This document shows positions 37,600 through 49,100 of a DNA stretch of 64,000 nucleotides, one piece after another. A program made the translations under genes and the position numbers. Under the pieces are notes generated by a model. The model had not been told where the DNA came from, ran no database searches, and saw only the letters and a list, made by a program, of their open reading frames with translations. The DNA is taken from the NCBI RefSeq assembly GCF_036321535.1, contig NC_087436.1, forward strand, positions 49,850,001-49,914,000, in the 5' to 3' direction. The stretch is from Camelus dromedarius (taxonomy: Eukaryota). Position 1 is the first letter of the stretch. Each line of letters begins with the position of its first letter.

Positions 37600-37640
37600 T
37601 TTGCACCCGGAGCCCACACCACGTGGGCTCCGGGTGCAAA
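37600..37640. repeat. Perfect 18-bp inverted repeat with 5-nt spacer
   Basis: tttgcacccggagcccac-accac-gtgggctccgggtgcaaa. Confidence 0.95.
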
Positions 37641-40600
37641 TGACAGCTCTCTGTCATTTAATCCCATCTGGCACCAACCCTGCTATCTGTCCTGATGAAA
37701 GTTTAAAAATCGAACATTATCCTTCTTCTACTTGCAGCTCTGAGCCTGTTTTAGTAGATGAATCACTTATGGGCCATGTTACCTGTTAAATTTCTAGTAA
37801 CAACAACGACCACAACAGAAGAATCATCTAAGAGAACTAACACTACAAACCTTAATGCATCCTCCCTCCACCAGATAAGGAAAACGTCCTCCTATGTTAA
37901 AGCCATCGTCGTGTTGCATTTATTTTTATTATACGTGTTGACGAAACTCTGCCAACAGGGGAGGGACCAACGACACTCGCAGGGCTTGTGAAGCTGGTTT
38001 GGTTTCCCATCAGCATTTAACCCCTGGTCAGACCGGAGGCTTCATCCTGCTGGTCATCATTTTTAGCGCCTGCTTGGTAATTTACAAACTGTCCTTGAGC
38101 TTAACGTCAGCAGAATGCAGGTGTTTGCAAAGCATTTTCCCATAGGGAGAAAATTAAGAGTTTTTATTCACTGAATACGCTATATAATCTTGGAAATCCT
38201 GAAGAAACAGGCACCTTGATTTTAATTATTTATAGGAAATCCTCGACTCAGTCAAAAGAAGCCTGGTGATAAGAAATTTTTGGTTTTTTTTTTTTTTGGA
38301 AAATGTAATACTCGATCCCTACATAGTTAAGAGGGTATAAAAATAAAATAGAAATTAAATTGAGTGATCAAATTATTCCTAAAATTAATTTGGGCTTCCA
38401 GCCTTCCTAGCTGGGTTAAATATTTCCTTTATCTCCATGAAGAGCTTAAAAATAATGGGCAATGTGTGTGAGGAAATAAAATGTGGAGGTATTGTAAACC
38501 AAGAGCATAAACTATGTGTGTGTGGTCTACAATTCCAAATTCTGACAATGTCCACAGTGTAAGAGTAAGATGCAGAGAGAATATACAGACGCCTTTGTGA
38601 GCAGGAAACAGGGAAAAAGTCCCTTTTAGTTGGGGGCAAAAATATGCATTTACTTTCAGCCGAAGTAGACACACTTAAATCCCTGCTGAGCGCCGGGGAG
38701 GGGCTGGATGAGCTGTCTAGAAAGCATTTTCTCTCTCTTTATAATGTTAGAAATCCTTGGACTGCATTGTGCATTGCAATGCAAGGATTCTGCAGCGTAA
38801 GAGCACATCAGGGCATTGAGAAAGGCTTAATGTGTTCTCATTAGAGGAGGACGGGGGAGGGGAAGGGGAGGCGCCTTGGGGGCCAGAGCTGAGCTCGACC
38901 ACTCTGGGAAGCACTGCAATTTTGTGCCTTCTCACTTCAACTCCCTCAATCCCCGAGCTTTACATAGCTCTTTCACAGACAGTTCAGTAAAATTCCTCCC
39001 AAGCCTCGTGTAAAGAGAGCAGTGTTGTATATCGTTGCTTACAGTTTAACAGTTTGTTTGCTTGGGCCTTTTACATTTTTTTTCCCCTTCCTGGGCTGCC
39101 TCAACAAACCTGCTTTTTCGCGTTCACTTCTAATCAGATGAAAAGTGGAAAGGAAAAGAGGGCCGTCTGATCAATGAAAGAAAATCTAGATGCTTTTAGA
39201 CTTATTAAGCTCCACAGAGCCGCCAGTATAGAAAGTCCAGAAGGAGCTGCAAAGCAGGCTTTATAATTGGGATTCTTCATAGTTGGTTTGATAACTGTAA
39301 TCTTCCAGACTAATTTGCTACAATTTTTTTTTTCTTCCCAGTTTGCTTCTTTTCTGGGAGAAATCAAAAATAGGCAATTTTCTCTCTCTCTCTCTCTCTC
39401 TTTTTTAAAGAACTTTTTAATGAGATTTGGGGTTTTTAACTTGGAAAGAAAGATGGCCATGTGGGAAGACTGCCCCTGAGTAGCAGTTCATCTTGCCAGA
39501 AACGAGATTATGCATCCCAAAGCCAAGGCACCAGTGGAAGATAAGGTCCTTTAGGTGGAAAATGTTTACAATAGCTGGTGACTCCGTGTGTTCATTCACT
39601 ATGGCGCCTCCTAGAAGGACCGTTGGAATTTTGTGCTATAGAAACAGGACCAGCCTCCTCACTCTTCTGTCATGGTTTTCCCAAAAGAGATTAATAACCA
39701 GAGGGAAGTGTAAATTTCACTCTAAGCCATTTCAGTTTTGAAATCAACTTATTCTAAAAATGTCCTGCTTGGAAATACTTATAGAGTACCCTTTGTAATT
39801 CTAGTAAAATTGGTGGTTTTGTTACGGGGCCTGGATATTTTGTTTTGATGAGTTTCCTAAGTATAGTCTCGTAAGAATTACACTTAGTGTTATTGTCTTT
39901 ATTGAAAAAGTGAATAGTTTCCAGCATTTGTTTCTTTTAAAAAGTGCTGGCAAAACTCTCGGTCAATCAACGTATATTTGATGTTCAATACTCTGAGATT
40001 TTCTTCTTGCAATCCTCTAAAATTCTAGTTTGGGGAGAAATTAACTAAAAACTGTTTTTTTTTTCTCTTGAAGTCTAGATGGGGGGAAGCAGGGTGGCAA
40101 TTGAGTACCAACTGAAAGAGGGAGTAGTGGAAATTGTTAGACAAAATTCTATCCTTATTATAATTAGACAACTGTTCAGTGAGGCGTTGGTGGGATTGGG
40201 GAAGGATACAAACATTTGGTGACAAATTAGAAATGAATCTCCAAGGCTACTGGCTATTGATCATAGAAGTGTAATTTCTAGGCTTTCTGTAGGGTGACCA
40301 GTGTGTGTGTCTTATTATTAAAATAGCCAAATACTTTACTCAGGAGGGTAACTAAGTTTGTACCCCTTTTACGTAACTGCAGTCTCACCATAACAATGCC
40401 ATGTGTACACTTACCGTTAGACTGACAGATATGGGTTGTGTGACATTGCTGTTATGTATTGTGTGTGCCTTTTGATTTTTTTATGTTTACATACTGCTAT
40501 GCATTGAATATGTTAAATAGGAATATGTTGAATATTTTAATAGGAAGGATTTCATCATTTCTGCCAAAATAAAATGTTGGTTAATTTTTACATATTTATT

Positions 40601-40754
40601 CTTATATACATAAAATTCAACTGAATATAAAAATCAAATTCATTTGCTATTCTCATTCTAACTTTGTCCAAAAAATGATCTGGTTAGAATCTAATTCTCA
40701 TTATTTGAAATTCTGAGCGATTGTTTTCTACTCCCTCATTTTCAGGGAAGCTGT

Positions 40755-40880
40755 CAAGTGATAGCATGGCAAAAAACTTTTTTACCCAGTTATCTTAACC
40801 AAAAGCAAACCAAAAACAAGTGAGAGTGTGACAAAACACCTTTTTATCCTGTTATCTTAAACAAAATGTTAAATTAAAAA
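40755..40880. repeat. Diverged ~62-bp tandem duplication
   Basis: caagtgatagcatggcaaaaaac…gttatcttaaccaaaa versus caagtgagagtgtgacaaaacac…gttatcttaaacaaaa. Confidence 0.8.
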
Positions 40881-41019
40881 CTTTTAGGCAAATTAATGAA
40901 TGATTAAGTTATATATTCATCTTTATTTTGAAATTTTCAGTTGCTGGCTATGAATTTATTATCCATTAATTCAATGTGAAAAGAGAGATTTTTAACTTTA
41001 ATTTCTTTATAATGCTAAT

Positions 41020-41250
41020 AATAATAGTTAACATTGATTGAGTCCCAGGTTCTATGGTAAGAGTTTTATACACGTGATTTTATTTAGTCTTCACATGGTT
41101 CTATGTGAAAGTACTTTAACTATTCTAATTTGAAATTTGAGGAAACTGTGGCATAACTAGATTAGATAATTTACCCAAGTTTGTAAAGCTTATGAGTAAA
41201 AATGTCAGGCTTCAAAGCAGGTCTGGTTGGCTTCAAAGTTCTGTGCATTA
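41020..41250 (-). mobile_element. MIR
   Basis: ataatagttaacattgattgag…tttatttagtcttcac…tgaggaaactgtggc…aatttacccaag. Confidence 0.7.
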
Positions 41251-41389
41251 TATTGATTCTCTAAAGATTAGGAAATTTCATAAATCATCCATTTTAAGCT
41301 AGCCATTAGAGTGACTTTTCCTCAGAAGGTAAACAGAATTTTATCACTGATTGAATGAAAGCTTTTAGCTAATCTTTCTTCTTGGGTCT

Positions 41390-41916
41390 TCCATTCATTT
41401 ATTTATTCAGAAAGTACAGAGCACCAATTGTCTGGGGAACGTCACACTGCTTTAGATATCGGTAGGCCTCAAGTCTAAGTGAACAGTGTGAGAAGTGTCT
41501 GCTTTCATTGTTTTACCGTTCTCCTGTGGCCATGGGAGATGAATAATTATAAAAGTAAGCACATTTTTAAAAGAGGTTGTCTCAGAGAATGACAGATAGT
41601 TTGAAGGCAATGAAACGAGATGACATCACAAGGAGTCAGGGCGGGACCTACCTTGGAAAAGGTGGTCAGCAAAGAGTCTTCTACAGAAGGCGTTAGAGGT
41701 ACGATCTGAAAGATGGGGAGTCACTCACCAAAGAGGCCAGAGTAGAAGGAAAACAAGTGAATTGGAGTTCCCTGAGTATAAAGGAAGAGAGTATGACCCC
41801 AGGAGGTAGAGGTTGGCATGGGCACATTATCTTATAAACCATGGTAGCAACTGTGGATTTTAGTTTAAGAGCAATGGTAAGCCTCTGAAGGAGGTCATGC
41901 AAGGTAATGCATGATC

Positions 41917-41970
<54 letters not shown>

Positions 41971-42040
41971 TTAGGAGGCTTTCTCTATTGCTATGTGGAA
42001 ATGGATTTTGAGGAACAAGAAGATGGAATCAACACCAGGA
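41390..42040 (-). mobile_element. L2 fragment
   Basis: cattcatttatttattcag…aagtgaacag…aaggtggtcagcaaag…ggattttagtttaagagcaatggtaagcc. Confidence 0.65.
41918..41970. repeat. (TTA)17 microsatellite
   Basis: Perfect trinucleotide run inside the L2. Confidence 0.95.
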
Positions 42041-42174
42041 AATGAGAGCTTTACAGACTTTGTTCTCCTTGACGTATGCGTGTCAAATTATATAATATTT
42101 ATAGTGTTATGTCATGATGCTATGTTATGATATGTTATATTTTCATCACAAATTGTGGTCGGTGGAGTTCTGTG

Positions 42175-42450
42175 AGACAGTATAGCACAGTTGTTAAGGT
42201 CACAGATCCTGAAGCCCAACAAATTGGGGTAGAATCTTGACTGTAACACTTCATGATTTATAGCAGTGTGATCTTGGAACTTTTATTAAGCCCTTTAAAC
42301 CCCAGTTTCTTCATTTGTTAAAAGAAGATAATTGTAGACTCTGTTGACCCCCCATCTCACTGGGTTGTTGTGAGGTGTAAATATATTTGTGAAAAACAGA
42401 ACAGCTCTCAGAACCTTGTAAATACTGTAAAAGTGTTTGTTAACTAACAA
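42175..42450 (+). mobile_element. MIR
   Basis: cagtatagcacagttgttaagg…tgtgatcttgg…cccagtttcttcatttgttaaa…gggttgttgtgagg. Confidence 0.75.
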
Positions 42451-45329
42451 TTAAGTACAATATAAATGCGTGCATGGTTTCTCATCACCAGAGAGCTGGA
42501 GAAATCCTTTAGGAGATCTGAGAGGTGGGGTTCTGGCTTGTCTGGGTTTCTCCTTTTGCTAAGCTCTCTGAATTATATACGGGGCCTCCTCGGAGTGTCC
42601 CATGCTGATCTGTGCTGGGGTGCTCTGTTCCTTCAGCCCCCTCATTCCTATCCCTTAGCAGATGCATTTATTTAAAGTTCCCTTTAAATACCCATTTTTT
42701 ATCAGAGGCATTACCATTGAAGCTTTCCTTCCTTCCCATGTTCTCTGTGGCATTCCGGCTGCCAGCTTTCTTCATTACCCGAGATGGCCGTGTGACCACC
42801 CAGCCCCGTGGTCCCCAGGCACAGGCTGAGTCCTCAGACAGCCTTTGTGTTCTGCTGCCTTAGTGTTTCCTCCAACAACAGGGAGGAATTCAGTCCTCTG
42901 TTAGTGGGAAGAGTGCCTCTCTGAGCAGCAGATCTGGTTAAAACAAACTGCCTCTTGGCAGGAACTGTTTAAGGCCTACTATTGCCTAGGAGAGACTCTC
43001 TAAACTTTTCAAGCCATGGCTTCACAGAAATGGTAATTTTTATAGGGCATTGCGAGAAAAACGGGCACAGCAGTTCGAGGTCCGAGGTGACACAAGCCCG
43101 GGATCTGGCTCACTTGGGTCCCTCTACTCACCTGGAAGCTCGAAGAACCACAGGTGTAGCCCCATTCACAGCTCACTTGCGGGTCCCAGCACAAGCTGGG
43201 GAGAGCTCCCGCCCATAGGATAAAATCCAAATCCTCTGGAATTTGATGTGTTTACCTTTCCAGGTTAATTCCTAACTGTTCACCCTTCAGGCACGTAAAA
43301 CTCGAACATTTTAGTTACCTCTGGGCCTTTGCTCCTTTGAATTTCCTTTACTAGAAAGCCTACCCCTCGCCACCTCCTTTCTTCTAAATTGGCCCTTAGC
43401 ATCTTTGTGTCTCTGTCACGTGCCACTGTTTCCAGGAAGTACGCTGGCGTCGTCTTTGCACTCCCCCATGGTCAAGCTGGTTAGTTGCCTTTATTGCATG
43501 CTTCCCAGCACCATATTCATTCGTCATAGCTCCTAACACACCACCTTAAAGTGACTAAACCCAGAGCGTGAATCTTTTATGAGTGAGGGGCTCTTACTCT
43601 CTTTTGAACTCCTTGAAAAATTAACACGGTAATTAGTAAACAGTAAGTGCTCAGATTATATTTGGTGAATGGAAACTTGGATGTCTTGACCTTTTTCTTT
43701 TTAGATTTACTCAGTGAAGAAGCACAGGGATTTTCCATTAAACCACTCCTTGTCCATATAGGCACATTTTATGGGCTTGTTTGTTTGTTATTTTACAGGT
43801 GAAAAAGCAGAGAGGTTAACGGTGTAACTCAGGTGGTGTAAAACAGGCAGAGTGGGGTCTGAACCTCAGAAATTATGCACTCAAATCCAGCAAAGCTGAG
43901 AATACTCACAACCTTAGCTGGAATAGTTCTACACATAAATACAAAAGTTATAAAACAATCTTTTCAAATTACATTAAAGCCCACTTTTATGTTGGACAGT
44001 AAAAGGAAACAAAGAAATAGTAAGAATTTTAATATATTTTTAGTTGTTGTCTGTTATTTCACTTTTAACATGCTAATTAATGTGTCTTTAATAATTATTT
44101 TTAAATGGTAATCATCCTTTGGGTAGCTCATAATTGGATGTGAATAATATTTTATTTAAACATTGGGAAGTACTTTTGGAATCCTATTAATAATACTTTT
44201 TACTTTCAAAATTCACAACCCTAATGATTTTAAGAAATCTGCTCCCATCATTAGAAATATGTGAAAATTGATTTATTTGAATCAATATTTTAAAAGAATA
44301 CCTCTAAAAACAATGATTAGTAACTTTATTTTTTAAAAGTTGTTTCTGAGAAAAGTGATTGTCTTAGTCAAGACATGTTCTGTTTAATCTTGTAACTTTA
44401 GTGAATCACTGGCCAAGATTTTTCTTATCCTTCCTTGTCCCCAAACCTGTTCATGGAGACTAAACTGATGATTATAGCCTTTTCAGACAATAGAAGATTG
44501 TATTTGAAGTCCAAATTTGAAACATTTATAGAATTAACTTTTTCAGACTGAGGAAATACTTAATTTTTATAGTATCTTTAGGGTTTAGGAAGCGATAGTA
44601 ACATTAGTGGAATTTATAATTGGCTTGAAAATAGATTAAAATTAGATGAAAATATTAAATTATATATCATTAGTTCTGGTTTATTTCTTGGCCAAAAAAT
44701 AAATGTAACTTGTTTTTAAAAGTATCTGTATACAAACATATTGAAATATTTTAATTTTTAAGTAAATATCATTCTACTTTAAGCAGAAAAAATGGACACA
44801 GTTACCCTTATATGCTTTTTACTTATTTCTCTGTCATTGTGGAATAGAATGTAATCTTACTCCTATTGTAAGTTACTGCTCTTTGAGGTATGTCTTGATA
44901 AAATAAAAGCACAATATATGGACAGAATTATTTCAAATAATTTCGTTTTGCCAAATTATCACAATAAATACAGACACTTTCATTTTTATCCATTTTATTT
45001 TTCTTTACTGATTCTTGAACTAGAAATAACCACAAAATTTAAAAAAAAATAAGCTATTTGGAGAGTAAATCAGACTGAAAGGTAAAACATTTGATGCTCA
45101 TTGAACAAAGATATAAAAATGACTTAGATGGTGTGAATATGTATCAAGAAAAGATGAACCCAAATGACTTTAGTCATCAGTATCACTTTCCATGTGAATA
45201 ACCATGTAGTACATTTCTCATTTATTTGTTTTTAAAGTGAAGCAAATATATCCACAAATACACAAGTATTTGCTTTGATCCTCTTTATTTGCTTGTAAAT
45301 AAGTTGCCTTCTCTCTTTCACTCTCTGTA

Positions 45330-46100
45330 TCTAACACTCAGAAAATTCTGTTAGCCTAGCTTGAAAAATTATCTAGACTCTGACCACCTGCACTGTCTTC
45401 ACTGCCATCACCCTAAACCAATTCACTGTCGTCTATAGCCTGGACTATCTGAGTCGCCACTAACTGCTCTCCTTAGGTCCCGCCTTCCTTCCTTGCCTGC
45501 AGACAGGGCTGTATGGTGCCCAGAGTAATCCTTTCAAAACAGAAGTCAGCTTGTGCTATTCCTGTTTCCCTTCCCGGTCCCCCATCTTGGATCAGAGTAA
45601 AATCCAAAATGCGTATAATGGTCTATGAGATCCTATGTGATCTGTCAGTTAACTACCCGCTGCCTGTGCTCATCTTCCTCCACTTTGTCCCTTGCTCAGC
45701 CTCTTACAGTCCCTCTGACTTCCTCATTCTTTCCAGGCCCTACCAGGTGCATTTCAAGCTCATGGGCTCCTCTGTGCAGGTACTCTTCCCTTAGATATAC
45801 AAACAGGGATCTGCTCACTTCTTCCCGTCTTTGTCCAAATGCTTTATCAAATAGTTTACGTAATTTAAAAATACTCCCACCCCAACGAGTCATTCTCATT
45901 TTTCTTCCTTCCATGCTTTATTTTATTGCATGGCACCTCCCATATTCTAAACTATTATATTTGCTTTACTTACTCATCTTGCTTACTGTCCATCCCCACC
46001 ATAGAAAGCAAACTTTATGAAGGCAAGTCTTTTAATCTGTTTTATATTCACCTGGAACAAAGAAAGTGCTTAATTCATATTTGTTGAATAAACGAGTGGA
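45330..46100 (+). mobile_element. L2 fragment with intact 3' end
   Basis: cactgccatcacccta…cagagtaatcctttcaaaacagaagtcag…gtgcttaattcatatttgttgaataaacgag; explains ORFs 45513-46020. Confidence 0.8.
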
Positions 46101-49100
46101 TGAGTCATGTGAAAGAGAAGAAGGCTTCAGAAAATGAAGCCTGACATAGAACTCAAAGATGTTTGCTGAACAAATGAGCTTAATGAAAATTCTTTTGAAA
46201 GAATGTTTTGTGGAGAATTTTCTGAGTTACCTCAAGATAATTCTTAACTAATTTTTTTTAAAAACTGATTATTTGAAATGAAATTTTATTTGTTGCCAGT
46301 CTTTCTGTAAATATGTGTTTGTTACAGCTTCCATCAGGTTATATCAGAGAGATGGACATGTGATTAATAACACCTGAAATATTTTTTTTAGCGAAAACTG
46401 AAGTGCGGGGCTCTGATTCCCTGATCTGCTGCTGGAATTTGCTTTTTCTTGGATCTAGGGAAAAAAGAAACTGGCACACTTGCCTCCCTGCTGCTGTCAC
46501 ATTAAGCATGCTAACTTCACAAGCTTCTGTGGATGAAAGTGTAATTGTGTGGAAGGTGAATTGATTGCAATTAACCTCAGGACTTACCCTCAGGCTGGGG
46601 TATTCTACCTCGTTTTCTAGGAATGTGCCACCAGGGCCGTAATACATGGCTGATGAATACATATATCATACAGGGAAACACATATATTATGGGATAAAGT
46701 ACATAAATCATGTAGAAAAACATGCATTATACTGAGATGATCAAATTATAAATGAAGCACATAAATCATAAGATTACACTGTTGAATTGTATCAGGAAAC
46801 ATAAATTATATAGTGAAATCCCAGGGTCACTAGAGGGTTCACTGAATAATGAAATGAGCTCCTATAACTTAAGAAAAAGTGGAGTAACTCAGTGAGAAAC
46901 CCACTGTGCGTTGTGTCGATACTCCATTTAATCCAATTTTATCTCCTCTACCTCCTGTATCCAAGGAATCAGCATTGTACAACGTGATGGAAGGGGAGTA
47001 AACAAACAACAAATGCAAGATTGAATGATGATGTGTCGTGAGTACATTTGAAAATATAAACTTTCAAATATAATGAACATCCGTAGCCAAGTTTTCAAGT
47101 TGAAGTTGGAAAGAATGGCAGTTCCAAAGTCAGCTACAAAAATCAGAAGGGCAATGTCTCATCCTAAGATGAAGAATGTCTTGAATCTCAAGGAGAAGAT
47201 CCTAAAAAGAGAGAAGAGATGAAATTAAGATCGACTCACTCTGAATGTAGATAAGCAATTGAAATTTGAATTGATTCATTGAATTAAGTAATGAAGAACA
47301 AAAACATTTATTTTATGTTATGCATAGGGAAAGACTTTGCTTACCTTCCTTTGGGAATCATTTTTCACATTTGACTTTGTTTTCCCCCCCTTTACTTCTC
47401 TGTATTTTTGTTCACACATGTATTAATAGGATGAAAGAGAAGCAAAATGGAGAAGAGAATTCTTTAACTTAGCTTTGCTTTTTAAAAGAAAGTCAAAAGC
47501 TGATAGCGGCCATTCTGCAAGGCTTTGAGAGAAGCTCAGGCTAAGACAGACTTTCACACACAATACAGGACAATGATACAAATCAGATCAATCTCGCAAA
47601 GTTTCTCAGCGCAATGTCCATCTGTGTGAATTATGTTCTTGCTAAAGCAAAAGGCTGGAATTCACATCCCTTTCCAGCTCTGGTGAGTTAGGGTTATGGT
47701 CAAAGCTTGGTGTACTGAGGGATTCCTTAGCCATAAACAAAGTGTTTGACCCACTCTGTTCCTCAGGGCAATAGAGAGCCAGAGCTAACTGAATTTATAC
47801 AGTGGGAATTGATAGTTTACTGCTGACCCTGGAGGAGCAGGGGCACTGACTCACATCCTATTTCTGGCTTTTCTTGGCATTTGTTACTGCAGATAAAGGT
47901 AGATTGTGTCAAGATGTGCTGCTGGTCCCGGAATACAATTGTGTCAAAATCCAAGTGCTAAATTTTATTTGAAGGGAAGCAATAAATTGGCACCCCAAAC
48001 ACCCCCTGCCTTCCCTAAACACCGTATTTCAGTTTCTCACTGTTACTCACGTTGAGTACTGGTTAACACACTGGTAAGGATGTTAAAAGATAAATATCCT
48101 GTTAACTGTGCGTAAGTAATTGTAGAAGAAACAGTAGCACTAAAGACACAAAGCACGCCTTTGTTTTGAAAAGCAAGTGACATACAAAATAATTATGATG
48201 ATAATAAAGAGTTAATCCAGAAAAATGTTGAGGTTGTTGTTTGTAAATTCAGCTCTGGCCTGCTAACCCAAACTGGCTGGTCCCTAAAACATCCATAAAT
48301 GGTTAAATCTGCCTGATATAAGGATAATCATTTTACTCTATGATCTATGTGTTTCATTAGTTGAGGTACACATTTTGCTATAATAAATGTGCTTCAGTAA
48401 ATGATCTATGCATTTCTTTCTGAAATGTATGTGTTTCACTAGAAAAGGTATGTGTTCATCAACTATGAATAATGTTCCTAACGGCAGCACATTATATTAC
48501 TTGGCTGGTATCAGCACGGCATTACACATCCATTCCCTCATGACCATGAGCGCTGCATCCACAAGAAGACACACATCAGCCCTGTCACTCTCAGGTGTTG
48601 ATGCACGTGTGCGTGAACTCTGCAGCCTTGGGAAACGCAAATGGGGGAGACAGGGGAGGGAGTCATTTTGTAGGTGAATATGTTTGTTAAATGAACAGGA
48701 AACACGGGATTTTTCTAGTCCTGCCCTTTTATAACCCAGAGGAAGAAAAAACCATACAGCAAAACACAGTGGAGATTTTATGGTTCCTCATAGGCCAACT
48801 TCCTTCCGTGTACTTCAATTAAACATTACTTGGGTAAAGGATGAAATCATATAATTCCAAGTTAAATATTAAAAACTGTTTTTTTAAACTTATATGACTT
48901 ATAGATTAAAATTCCACCTATTTCCTGATTTCAGTGAATTGGCACTCAAACTGATGAAGTGAAATTATCTTTATAGAGTGAAATTAATTAATTACTTAAA
49001 AATTAAATACTTCAATTTTTACCTTTAACTTTAATCTTACCACTTTAATTTTACCTCTCCCGTCTGTAAAAGGTGTTGTTGGTGTTTATGTCAGTTTATA

